64,000 nt of DNA from Proteromonas lacertae (Eukaryota): positions 62,001-126,000 of the forward strand of contig NGBS01000885.1 of assembly GCA_002245135.1 (NCBI GenBank). The letters are read 5' to 3'. The translations under genes and the position numbers were made by a program. The notes below the pieces were generated by a model. It had not been told where the DNA came from. It did not search any database and saw only the letters and a list, made by a program, of their open reading frames with translations. Positions 27,644 through 41,345 of this stretch are shown here, piece after piece; within the stretch, counting starts at the first letter, position 1, and each line of letters opens with the position of its first letter.

Positions 27644-28357
27644 TTACTTAGATAATAAACTCATACATCCACTACAAATTTTAGAAATCATTGTTTTAAA
27701 TACAGTCAGCATCATCATACCACCAGGGAATGAAGCACATCCAAAATAAATTAACGTCGTAACCTGTACAACTGACATTAATACAGTAAATAAATAACTC
27801 TTCTTAATTACAGCTGCATAGAGTGTTAATATCATAGAAACAATATAAGTTGATGTAAACAACATTTTCTCTTTAGAAAACAATTTGTGGAATGCTACAG
27901 AGAAGCCATCATATACAGCAAAAGCTAACATAAACATTAATGATCCCATAGTGAAGCTAATAGCAAATTTGCCTGGTCGTAATAATATCATTGGTATTCC
28001 TACAACGAAGGCTAATAAAAAGAATATTGCTGACAAAAGGAGTAAAAGAAAGAATCCTTTATATCTGTCTGATCTATACAAAAAATAAGAATATTAATGA
28101 TTAAAAATACCTTGATAATGTGGGTTGAGCATGTCCTAATAAGCTGTCAACAGTTCCTTCTTCTAAATCACGTTCTTGTTGGTTTGATTTCCAAAATTGC
28201 CAATTAAATGAATTGCTTTGTTCTTTTCTCTATAATATGATTAAAATATGATTTTTAGGAAAAGAAAAGAAAAGAATTATACGGAGTGTATGCTTACTTC
28301 TGCTGTTTTTGCTTTCTCTTTGTGCAGCCATTCCTCAAATGATGCGCTTGAGCTCAT
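27644..28357 (-). CDS. SFT2/Got1-family vesicle transport protein, copy 1
   Basis: RPGKFAISFTMGSL, four TM helices, ASFPGG. Confidence 0.85.
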
Positions 28358-28456
28358 GCTAAGCTTGTTTCTTTCAAAAAATAAATGTGAAAGAAAAATA
28401 TCAAGCTTGAATCAAGCCTCTTCAAATCCAATTTTTTTTAAATCGTTTTTTTCATT

Positions 28457-29205
28457 ATGTTAACTCTTCAGAGAGCTGCTATAAAATCAACCAAGTCGTT
28501 GTTAAGATTGAGTGCATGCTCATTTTCAAAACTACCTAAAGAAACTGAACCACCACTTGATTTAGAACCAACAGCTGATGCTATGGCATTACGTCGTAGA
28601 AATTATAATCAATGTATATTTAAATATTTTTTTAATAATAGACACATCAAGAACAGAATCACTTATGCCAGATATGCCAGAACCACCAATTCCACCAGGT
28701 GAATTGGGAAAGTTAAATGGTTATCCATTAAATTACAAAGGCAGACATGCAGTAATATACCGTCGTCAAGAATCTCAACAATTCCCAGGTAAAAGACAGA
28801 GATATTGGTGTTTAAAGTTTGACAGTATTGGAGCTGAACCAATACCAGTTGATCCACTAACTGGCAATTCACAATTGACTGATCCACTCAGAACTGTAAA
28901 TTTGAGATTCAACAGTGTTGAAGAAGCTGTAACTTTTTGTGTAAGAAATGGAATTGACCATGATGTTGATTTACCACCAACACAAATCGATGAAGTGAAA
29001 GATTATGGTTTTAGAGTATTTCCAAAGAGAGTTAGAGCAGAATTACAACTTGTATATATTTATCTGATTTTATATATATTTATATATTCTTGAATAGCTT
29101 GGTAAGAAGAAAGCTGCTTCATATTTTTACTATCCAGCTCCTTTCACAGATCATTGGATAAATCGTTATCATAATACATATGGACATGAAGAATGGCATG
29201 AATAA
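28457..29205 (+). CDS. NDUFS4: Complex I accessory subunit, NDUFS4-like, with a mitochondrial-type targeting peptide
   Basis: Basic, Ser-rich N-terminus; AVIYRR...WCLKF...DPLTG...TDPL...LRFNSVEEAVTFCVRNG matches the NDUFS4 pattern. Two short introns. Confidence 0.7.
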
Positions 29206-29427
29206 CTTATATTAATACTAATTAACACTTTAGAAAATAATTATTATTTTTATATTTGTAATCTGAGAGGATAATATGATTCTATCTTGTTAGCATATCC
29301 TTTGGAGATATTTGAAGTGACTAATAGATCTTTAGCAAAGAATATATTGAATCATAAAAATAGAGTCGTTTCGAAATTTCATTAATTTAATTTCATCGAA
29401 AACAACCGCTAACAGTCGTTAAAATAA

Positions 29428-30756
29428 ATGTCAGGAGAAGAAATTTTTAAGAAGCGAAAAAGAGATGAATATGAGGGTGTATAAGTTTCATATTTTACAC
29501 CATTAGATTTCATGGACAAAAGAAAAGGGTACAATGATTCCAGCATTTTTACAAAAGACATATGAAATTATGCACAATCAAGAATATTCAAAATATGTTG
29601 CATGGAACTCTGACAAAGACGCAATTCATATTATTGATGTATAGACTATTATTTATGATTAAATATATCTTATCTTATCATAGCCTGTTAATTTTGCTAG
29701 AGAAGTATTACCTCGTTACTTCAAACACTCCAATTTTGCCTCATTTGTCCGACAGTTGAATATGTATGGATTTCACAAAACCAAACAAGATCCAGATTGG
29801 AGAGAATTTAAACATCAATACTTCAAATATGGTAGACCTGATTTATTACAATATATCAAACGTAAATCAAATTCAAGTATGTTAAAGACAATTCCACTAC
29901 CAGATGACGATTTACCGACTCAAATGGCAGAATTACAAGATAGATTTGATACACTAGAACAAAAATATACAGATTTACAAAGTGTATTAATTAAATTTAT
30001 ATTATTTATATATATTTATTAATAGAAACATAGTATGTTATTATCTCGCATGCACAGTTATGAGATAAATGAACAGGATAGAGTGAATAAAGACATGATT
30101 ACTAGAAATTGTCTTAAATTCTTATTAAACAATGCTGTAGAGAAAGGCGCTATTAGTAGAAATGCAGTACTTCAATTATTGAACTAACCCAAGACAAGAT
30201 AATATGTTGACAAATGTTGATGGATTAAATATGAACAGTAATGGTCAAATTCCCTTAATAATGAATCAACCGTGTGATGCAAGATTACAAGGAATGACAA
30301 TGCAACAGCAGCAGCAACAACAACATCAGAATCAACAAAATCAACAAATACCTCCTCCACAGATAATGCCACAACCTCGATCACCTACAGCACAAACAGG
30401 CAGCTTCACTATTGCAAAGTCAATCATTAGCATCAGCATTATCACCTATTTTAAATAATCCACAAGCTCAACTTCAACAACAACAGCAGCAGTTACAACA
30501 GATGCAGATGAATTATGGTATTGAACCACAGTCTGATGATATGGATCCATTTTATCCAGATTATTCATTCTCTACGGAGCATAATCCTAATTCAGCTTTT
30601 TCACAGCCTCCTTTACAAGTGGAAGAGTATTAATTATTTTCACTTAATATTATTTAATATAGGGTTTCGACTGTCACTCATTCTATCCCTAATACTCCAC
30701 AATTAGATCCAATAGCTTCTCCTTATCTTGATTTTGACAAGCCGAGCGATCTGTAA
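29428..30756 (+). CDS. Heat-shock-factor (HSF)-type transcription factor (two apparent frameshifts)
   Basis: [12 protein letters not shown]...VAWN...[25 protein letters not shown]...EFKHQYF...LLQYIKRK, then a coiled coil and a Gln-rich tail. Confidence 0.92.
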
Positions 30757-30872
30757 ATATTTATTATATTATTTTTGACATTTTAAATGATTATTCTTGA
30801 GTTATTTTTGAAAAATAAAAAAAACATTCCAAAAATCCATTCGTTACATTAATTCACATTTTAAAAATCTTT

Positions 30873-32119
30873 ATGAAGTGTTTGTTAATAATTGCTTTAT
30901 CACTTTCATTTGCTTTTGCATGTCAGAAGATGTGTAATGGACATGGTGAATGTGCCACTGGTGATAAGTGTGAATGTTATCCTGGTTATGGAGGTGCTGA
31001 TTGTAGTGAGAGTATTATTTGTTATTTTCATTAAATAAATAGGAAGCTGTCCATACAGTGAAGCATTTGTTGATTTATTACCTGGTGATTTAGATCACAA
31101 TGGAGCTGTTACCACAGCTACTGCTGTTAAGAATGAATGGTACCCTGTTGCAGGAACTCATGAAGATATTGGTGCTGTTATAACAACAGCAAAAAGAGCA
31201 CATCGTTATGCAGAGTGTTCTAATGCTGGTATATGTGATAGAAATAGTGGTTTATGTAAATGTAACAGTGGATTTGAAGGTAGTGCCTGTCAACGTAGAA
31301 GTTGTCCAGCATCTGCTGATGGTTTAGTATGTAGTGGACATGGTATGTGTCTAAGCAGTGAAGCAAGTATAATAAAGAATAGTGCTACTCCAGCTGCTGC
31401 TAAATTACCAAGTGGTTGGGAATATCAGAAATTTGGTGTTTGTGAATGTGATAAAGGTTGGACTGGTATTAGTTGTGGAAGTAGAATATGTCCTAAAGGA
31501 TTAGATCCAGTGAATGTTGGTAAAACTGAATATATATTTAGTGTTGGAAGTACAAGTGCGTGGCTGCATTTGATGCTAATAATGCAAAAGATACAAATGC
31601 TCATTATTATGTAATGGAATATGATGGTGTGACTTACACTACTCCAATAATACCAGCTAGAAAAGATGTATGTGGATCTGCTAGTGCAAAGAGTGAAGCT
31701 GCTGAAGATATTAGAAGAGCAATAGTGTCTATTCCGCCATTATCACAAGCTAAAGTATCAATACAATTGTGATTCTACATAATAAACAAATCACTTCAAT
31801 TGAAATTACTACACCATATATTGAATTAGATTTAACCTGGAAGTTGTACATGCGTAGATAATAACCAGTCGTGATATTAGTGGTTCATCTAGTCCAAAAG
31901 ATCAGTAAAATCACATCATTTACTGCTGATATAAAGATAGATAAATGCATACCAGACTGATGCAATTACATTAAACGTTGAAAGCATTCAGGAGCTATTA
32001 CTGAAAAGGATAAATCTTTCATTTCTTGTAGTGGACGAGGTACTTGTGATGAAACTAGTGGATTATGTCAATGTTTTGACAATTACTCAGGTTTAGCTTG
32101 TGAAAAAACAAAGAACTAA
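30873..32119 (+). CDS. Second mastigoneme (Sig1/Ocm/Mas)-like EGF protein; frameshifted (assembly error or pseudogene)
   Basis: Signal peptide, CNGHGEC, PGDLDHNG...WYP...AHRYAECSNAGICDR, and a terminal CSGRGTCD..GLAC. Indels at about 31560 and 31760-31990. Confidence 0.7.
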
Positions 32120-32351
32120 ATATACTATTTACAATATGTAAACTAAAATTGTATTATTTCATTAATCTATTATAAATAATCATATTTTAGGGATGAACTT
32201 TTCAGCATATATTTATTAATCACCACTAAATCCAATCATACTATTTTCATAAATCAAATACCTCTCTATTTATTTGTACAAAAATATCAAACCATACTCA
32301 AGCTTGTCAACAAAATTTTTAGTTTTTAAATAATTGTTTTTTAAAGTAGCT

Positions 32352-35300
32352 ATGAATAATTTGACTTTCTTATTATTATTGCTACTGTATTTAGATGATA
32401 TTTATTGTCATGATTGTATTCATGACCAAGTATAAGCTCAATTAACTAATATCGAATAGATGCAATCAAAAATGAATATAGTTGAGGTCAAGCAAGACTA
32501 CAAAGAAATACCAAAAGGTAGACAGTTAGATGAACAGTTTTTACCCATCAGATTTCATTTAGACTATTCCTTCCTTGATTCGTATATTTCAAACCATATA
32601 TTTGTAGTGATCCACAATTAATGTGTACAAAATCAGGTGAAACTGTATATCTATCAGGAGAACCAAAAACATACACTTGTAAATCAAGTGATATACTTAC
32701 AAGTGCCAAAAGAAAATATATTGTAGAACAATTAATACCTATAGCTCAATCCTATTTCCAAAAAGCTCTTCAAGTTGTACATGTTGATGGAAATTTGAAA
32801 TTATATAGAAGTAGTGATTTTGATGTAAAATTAAGGAATTACGCATGTTATAAAATCCCTAAAACATATACTGGTGAAGGTATAGGAAGTGCTGATTATG
32901 TCATTTTTGTAACTGCAAGACCAACTGAAGGCTCGACATTAGCTTGGGCACTTGCTTGTAATACTGACCAATATGGTAGACCCATTGCAGGTCAAGTAAA
33001 CTTAGGACCAGCCAGATTAAGTGAAGATGATCCAAAATCCTTTAATGAGCAACTAGGAGTTACAATTCATGAAAGTATATACATATATATATTATTAATA
33101 TATTTCATAGTTACACATGCTCTTGGTTTTTCAGGTAGTAATTTCCGAAATTTCAAAGAATACTTTGGTGGTCCACCTAGAGAGTACAATAGTGTAGTAA
33201 GTAAAGAAACAACATGGAAAACAATGACAAAAATCATTTCACCCAAAGTAGTACAAGTTGCAAAAGAACATTTCGGTTGTGACGATTGGCCAAATGCAGG
33301 TGTTGAATTAGAAGATTATGGAGGTAGTGGAACAGCAGGAAGTCATTGGGAAAAGAGAATTTTACATAATGAGTATATGACAGGTATTGCCTCTCGAAAT
33401 CCCGTATATTCAAAATTCACATTAGCATTATTTGAAGATATGGGATATTATAAAGTCAACTTGGACAGTCGCAGAACCATTAAAATTCGGAAAAGGAAAA
33501 GGATGTACATTTGTCTTGAAACAATGCAGTATGTGGAGTAGTTATAGTGATTATTGGTGTACTAGTCAAACATGTTCGTATGATATGAAGGATAAATCCA
33601 CTTGTCTTATCAAAAGTTATACAGAAGAATTAAATCCATCTTTTCAATATTATCCTGGAGAACCAAAGAAAGGAGGTTGGGAAGAAGCAGCTGATTATTG
33701 TCCAATCCCATATCCTGCTGGAGATGGAAATTGTCAAAATAGTGGTACAAAATCAGTAATTGTGATTGATGAAATAGGTGAAAGTGTTGGTTTTACTAGT
33801 CGATGTTATATGTCTGAAGGTAGATGGGGTAAAATACCATCCTGCTATAAATCAAGATGTAATAATAAAAACAAATTAGAATTATTTATAAAGAATGAAT
33901 GGCATGAAATGAGTAATGATGATGGTGGTACTTATGTTTTTGAAGGTGATTTTGGTGCAGTTACAATCACTTATCCATCTGTAGAAGAAGTATGTCCTTA
34001 TGTGAAGATATGTAGAGGAAGTGATTATGATAAGAATATTGTATGTAGTGGACATGGACATTGTTTGAATAGTGGAGTTTGCATGTATATATATATATAT
34101 TAATATCTTTCTCTTCTTTTTTTTATTTTATTTTTTACTTTATTTTTTATCTTGTATAGATGTGAACAAGGTTATTCAGGTGAAGGTTGTGAAACATTAC
34201 AATGTCCAAAAGGCTCTAATGGTATAGAATGTAGTGGTAGTGGTATATGTAATTCAGAAGGTAAATGTGCATGCAATGATGGATTTAGTGGTAATGCTTG
34301 TGAATTAAAAGGATGTCCAAATGAATGTACTTCAACTACACATGGTATTTGTGACACTTCCACTGGAAAATGTAAATGTATTGAACATTTTTATGGTGAT
34401 GATTGTGCTGAAAGTTTTTGTCCTCCGTATTATAATGCGACTAACAGTTGCTACAGTAATAAAGAGCAAGGTGTTTGTGATAAGAAAATTGGTGTTTGTG
34501 CTTGTAATTTTAAATATGAAAATGTTAAAGATTATAATGATGAATATGTGAAGAAATTTAATGGTTATTATACTTCAAATGACTGTAGTATGTATAAACA
34601 AACTGAAATTAGCCAATATGAAAAAATTACTTTAAATGATTTCCAACACGCTTCTGATCCTGTAAGAATAACAAAAACTATTAAATACCATCAATATCAA
34701 TACTTTGAAACTGAAATTACCAGTGCTTCATACTCTATTTACATTGTAATTGATAATATTAAACCAAATTATTATTTAGCTGCTTCTACTGAATCTCCAT
34801 TACAATTATATGCTAGTTTCATTCATGATCCACCATCTGGTGTTTATAATCAATATATTGCCAATTACAATGCAAGTTCTTTGATTATAGAAATGGTTCC
34901 TGGTGTAGATAATTCACCATTTACTACCATTGGTACTGTTCGATTCAGTGTAATTGAATTAATAAAGAAAGAGAAAGATGATGATGAAGATTGTAGTTAT
35001 GATATATATGTAATTCAAGATCCATGCCAAGATGAAAATTATAAGAAATGTAATGGAAATGGTGTTTGTAAAAACGGTAAATGTGAATGTAATAATGAAG
35101 CTTTTACTGGTAGTCAATGTAATATATTAAACTGTAATCCAGCTTGCTTACATGGAACTTGTGTTATAGATAGTAAAACTGATAAAAATTCTTCACAAAT
35201 AACAGTAGATGATTTGAAATGTAATTGTGATGGTGGTTATAAAGGTGATAGTTGCTAATGAAGAAGATGAAGTATTTATGACACCTCCAATAAAGTTAGA

Positions 35301-37309
35301 ATATAGTAGTAGCAGTTATGTAATACCATCTGAATTAGTAGATGTTGGTTATTATTCATTATTCCAATTCGAAGTAGGTGAAATAAATAAGATTATTATA
35401 TTCAATATTGAATTTCCAGATATATTAACCATGGCTCCAATTATACTATTTAAATATAAGAAATATCCAAAAGTAGATGATTATGATATATTTAGTAGTA
35501 ATGATTGGTCAGTTCCACATAAGAATGTGAAAAGTATTATTAGACGCCAATAAAGGATTAATCACAGGAACGTGGTACTTGTCAATTTATAACTCATTAT
35601 ATTCAACAACAAAGTTAAATTTCACTGTCAATATGTTTAGTCCCCAGACAGATGATGAATATAATACAATATGTGGTTCACATTATAATGCAGTTAATAA
35701 AGATAATGCAAATATGCCAACTTGTATATGTAGCTCTGATTATTTTTATATTTACACTGGTGACTTTTGTGAAGAAAGTATAAATGTAATAACTAGGAAT
35801 GAACATGTGAAAGAATTTGATTTAGGAATTGGTGAATATTACTATATGAGATTAGATTTAAAAGATAATCCAAATAAATATAATTATTATACTATCAATA
35901 TAACAAACAGTAAAGAGGACAGTGATGTATTACTATTAGTTTCAACTGAACAATTGCCACGATTAGATAAATCCGCATATTATGATGAATATTCGGTTAG
36001 CTTGAGTAGTTCAAGCCAAGAAGTGGTAATAAATACTGAATCTGCTGATTATTTGTATATCACTGTAACTAATAGAATAACAAGTAGAAAGAATGCTTCT
36101 ATTTTCTGTAATATAAATGGAGATAAAACATTGACTTATTCTGAATATAATAATAAACTAAAATCTGTTACTCAACAGTTAGAAATTAAACAACAATTGA
36201 TAGAGAAATTGAATAATTATATAGCAACTACAAATAATGATAATTATAATAATAATAGAAGAAGAAGAATAAAGAGAAAATATACTAAAACAATGAAGTT
36301 GAATAATAATTTTAACACTATTAAATCATCAATAGAACTATGTAATACTTCTGATACAACTTCACCATGTATTAAATATCATAAAGAATGTTATTATCGT
36401 GGTATTTATCAAGATAACCAATGTAATTGTTTAACCAATTGGAATGGAATACACTGTAATACACCTGTATTAAGAAGTATTCAAATGTTAATGTTTAGTG
36501 CTCAAAATATCAAAATGTTATGTAACAAATGTCAATTTAAATTGTATTTAAAAAGAGGATCATTTAATTTATATATAATTCCACTTCCTTTAAGAGAAAC
36601 TGAACTAAATATAAATGTATTTGGAGTTGATAAAGATGGTAAATATACTGAATCTTTGAATAATGATGCTGATATTCTTATCTCTAATATTAACCCTCGA
36701 ACTCTTTATGATTTCCATCAAATTATCGCTTATAATGGTAATAATGAAACATACAAAATAAACACTCAAGACTCAAACAATAAAGAAAATAACAAAATCT
36801 ATTTAGCAGTATATGCTAATACGAATGGTTATTATAATATAAGTGTTAGTGTAAATGAAGATACAGCAGTAGATACAGGTGAAGAAATATTCAATGAGTT
36901 GGTTGATTGGGCAGGTAATAGTACAACTGGAATAGTATCTTTGGTATTTGTTATATTGTTTTTATTGCTTCCCATTTGTTGTTTATGTAATCCAATTTGT
37001 AGTAAAGATGAAATTATTAGATTAGATATGGGTAAGATAGTTCATGATTATATAACCAATAATACAAGTAATAATACCAACAACACTTTGGCTAAACAAA
37101 ATAAGAAATTAGAGAATCAACATAGAAGAGAAGAATTGAGAAGAAAGAAGAAAGGTAAGAAAGGAAAGAAAGATGAAACTGTTGAAATAAAGACTGTGTT
37201 GATTGAAATGACTCCTTTTACATTTAATGATGGTGAATCTCCCGTTCCTTATTTATATATATTAAATGGTGAATATAGAGTAGTAAATCCTCCAAGATTG
37301 AGTTATTGA
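32352..37309 (+). CDS. Leishmanolysin/GP63 (M8) metalloprotease with many EGF repeats, beta-rich spacers and a C-terminal TM helix (three apparent frameshifts)
   Basis: HDCIHD propeptide, HE|ITHALGF split by an intron, GSGTAGSHWEKR..NEYMTG, FTLALFEDMGYY, ADYCP, and TM GIVSLVFVILFLLLPICC. Confidence 0.88.
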
Positions 37310-37464
37310 AGAATCCAATAGTATTGAAACAAGCTGATAATGCAATTATTTAAATTTATATATCTAAATTTTATTATTATAAATTAAAAATTAATTTCTT
37401 ATTTTTTATTATTTTATTATTATATTTTTTTAAATAAAATATGGAATATGACATAATATAGTTC

Positions 37465-39693
37465 TTACTTTATTTTATTTTCATTCATTGATAATTCTTT
37501 TAAACTTTCAAAATCTTCATTCTTTTCTCTCATTAATCTCAATACATTTTCATTTAATTCATTTCCTGATATATTTATCCTCCATACTAGAACAATTTAT
37601 AACTCTATAATCTTTCAATAAATGTAAATGAGGAGATAATATTTTCATTCCTTCATCTCCTATTTCATTACCATTTAACCAAACATCTACAAGTTCTGGA
37701 AATGATGGTAAAATATCAATCAACATCTCCACGCTTTTATATGTTAATTTATTATCTAAATAATAAAACTAATATAGATTATACTACTTAAATCTATTTT
37801 ATATATATCACTTATTTCATTTGATCTTAAAGAAAAGAATGCTTTTAAAATATCATCATTAATTTCTGAATAACTCAGGTTCAATGAATAAAGGTCATAA
37901 TTTTTAATGTATTTGATTAATTCTGGAATATCTGTATCAATTAGAAGTTCTTTACTTCCATTAAAATTAAATTTGATTTCTTTTATTGAAAATTTGGAGA
38001 ATAAGGGTTTTAATCCCTTATAATGAATGTCTTGATTATATGTGATGAATATTTTATTGAGGTTTGGATATTTATATAATTCTTTTGATAACAATATCAT
38101 TGATTCATCATCTAAATTCATTCCAAATAGATTTAACTCATTGGTTCTATTGATTAACAAATATAAATAAGGAAGCAGTAATTTAAAGCCTGCTGGACCA
38201 ATTGGATTAACTATTCATAATATAAGAATAACTAATACATATTAAACTCATTAATTTCAATTTCATACATGGAATTAACTTTACTAATGATTCAACAAAG
38301 CTATGATTCAGATTACATAAATGTAAATCCAATATTTGAAGATTTGTTAATTGAGAAAGTAATGATGCAAATAATGATTGATTTTGAATTGGAATTAAAA
38401 ATTCATTACCTATATAACTCAATAAGATTAAATATATACAAAAATAGATTTTTGTGGGATTAATCAGTTTCATTATTCTGAAGAAATAATTCATTCCTTC
38501 TTCACATAAACAAATACAGTTTGATTCAATACTAAAGACATCTTCACTATAAAAAAATGTCATTCTAAACATCATTTTATCTAAATTACATTCTCTTCCT
38601 TCTATACATTGGTGATGTTTTTGATATTTTAGTTTTTTACATATTGAATCATATTTATAATAGTCCATCATCATTAGTATTGACAATATTCTTTCATTAG
38701 GTTGATTATTATTATAATATTCTATTAAATTATCTCGAATTTTTTCCCATTTATCGCTTTCAACATAATATTTTAATGGATAATCTATTAGAAATGTAAC
38801 TATATTTTTATCATTATTATAAAATATGTCTTTTCTTTCTTTACATATCATCATATAATCATCATCATCTCTCAACATTTCACTTATTTTCATCATCTCT
38901 TTTTTCAACTCTTTTAAACTCATTCTATCTTCATTCTTCACTTTTAATATCCTTTGAATCATATTATCACATTTTACATCACAACTGTATTCACATCTTA
39001 TGATATTATTCAATGTTTTAAGCATATTATTATCTTCATTAAATGGTAATTTCTTACAAATCATTTCATATAAAATACAACCAACTGACCAAATCACACT
39101 TTTCTCATCACATTCATATCCATTCAACTCTTCAGGGCTTTTGTAGCACATATCATATAATCTCATATCTTCTTCTTTTCTCAATTCATTCAAGAATAAA
39201 TCACATAACTTTACATTCTCATTCTCTATTATTATGTTTGAACTCTTTAGATTACCAACCACTATATCATATTCACTCAATATCATCAATATATCACATA
39301 CTCTACTTATTATACTACATATATTATCACTTAAAATAGTTTCACTTTGAATTATCTCTTTTAAATCTAGCATATAGTATTCTCTCTCATATATCATCAT
39401 ATTATTCCCGAATATCTCTATTTTAAATGGTAATGTGAAAAATGAACAACAATCTAACAGAAAATTATTGCTGTCAGAAAAATGCAATAATTTATCATTT
39501 TCCACCCCTGTCACGTCAATGATTTTTATCATTTTATAATCACTCTCACTCTGTAATACTAAATTTACTTCACTATAACTCTTTTCTATCCGGCTTTTTA
39601 TCTATAATATATAAACATCATTAATACTATCAAGTTCGGTAATTTCTTTGTTAATATCTCATCCATATCATGAATTTTATGTGAGTTTATCAT
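37465..39693 (-). pseudogene. Pseudokinase-LRR copy 3, internally deleted and truncated
   Basis: The kinase and first LRRs are intact. Near 37585 the sequence jumps from ...INCS directly, out of frame, into a last-exon-like segment (INISGNELNENVLRLM). Confidence 0.65.
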
Positions 39694-39945
39694 TTTATGA
39701 AAATAGAGTCGTTTCAAAATCAGTTATTCATTTTTAATTATGAAAAACTAGAATTCATAAGGTGTAATAATTGTGTAATAAACTATATTTTACAAAAAAT
39801 TTGCATAAAAGAATTTAATGCAAATAAGAATATCATCGCAACTCTTAATCTAGTATTATACAAAATATTCAAATATAAATAACTTCTAAATATTATATTT
39901 ATAACTAATATTACAAATTCATTAAATATATATATATATATATTC

Positions 39946-41045
39946 TCACTTATCAACTACTTCGTTCATTATTACATGATGATGACTATTACTATTTGAG
40001 TTAAGACTGCTTCTCTTTCTTTTCATTTTACATTCACTTTTACTATCATTACAACATATCTGAACATTGCTATAATCAATCTAATAATAAATAATAATAA
40101 TAATATAAATACAGGTTCAAAGGAAGATTTTGAATATCTATTATTTTCTCTATCTATTATTAATTTACTCATATTTTCATCTTTGCAACACAATAAAGGT
40201 GTTTTCATGGTTTTTAAACCACTTTCTAATTCACAAATTTCATTATTTTCATTGTTACCATTATCATCATCATTTATTATTCGTTTTATTTTAGATTTTC
40301 TATAATTTTTATTATTATTATTTGTATGATTATCAACATTTATTATTTCCTCACTTTTTGTAAAATCATTAATACAATTTCCTTCAGTTACTGGCTTTGT
40401 AGCTAATAAATATATAAATATATAAATATACAACTAAATATCAACCAAAAATAACTACAAAATGTTATTTTCTTCTGATTATTGACTGTAAAAATTGGAT
40501 GTTTATAATAAACAACCAAAAGTGGAATTACGTATATAAATAACAGTGTACAGATGAATATAAAACATGTAAAAAATAGCAAAACAGTATCAAATCTTGT
40601 GTAGTAGTTATAATAAGCAGTTTGATTGAAAATACCATAAATCATCCAACCAAATTCGAATAAGATGAGTACAGCGTAAAATATGAGTGATTTGTCATAC
40701 CATGCTATCTTAAATAGCTCTGTATACATCCTAGCATACCCAGAATTGGGATTAACAAACTCACTTGTTTTTATTACCATAGATAAATACATCAGAAATG
40801 GAGAGTGAAATATTTCTAATAAACCAAGAGTCTATGACAGTTGAAAATAGATTCTATTTATACTAAAACATGTATTGCTAATATTAGTGTGTCTTGTTTA
40901 ACGAAATGCATAATTGCCAGAACTATACACGCCACACCTAAGAAAATATGAATAATGATTGAGGCGACAATTGTGGGGATTATACTACATATAAATGGTA
41001 TATAAAATACGGTAGAACAACTAAATGATATTTATTTTTGCCCAT
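39946..41045 (-). CDS. Multi-pass membrane protein of unknown function
   Basis: Spliced frame from ATG at 41045 has several hydrophobic helices and an Asn-rich cytoplasmic tail. Confidence 0.6.
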
Positions 41046-41345
41046 CTATTCTGTAGAACGAGAAAAGAATTATTAAATGGTTGTGTTGAAACACTGAGGC
41101 TTTAAAAATGTAATTGTGATATAACACTTGAAATACTGGTATTTTTATACACCCTAAAGTGTCATCGTACATTGTTGTAACACATTAACAAAACAGTGCT
41201 AAAAATAACTTTACTGATGAAAGAAATAGGTAAATTTTTATATTATACAAAATTAGTATGATGAAAACTTATAAAAATGAATGGATAAATAAGTGAATAA
41301 TACACTACAAAAAATAAGATTTAAAAGAATAGAATAATAATATAA

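Noticed and set aside
27640..27650. Possible poly(A)-generated stop codon in SFT2 copy 1
   Set aside because: A complete genomic TAA is present in frame upstream of the predicted cleavage site.
34085..34159. Long intron with an internal ATATCTTT
   Set aside because: A normal GT-AG excision restores the EGF frame.
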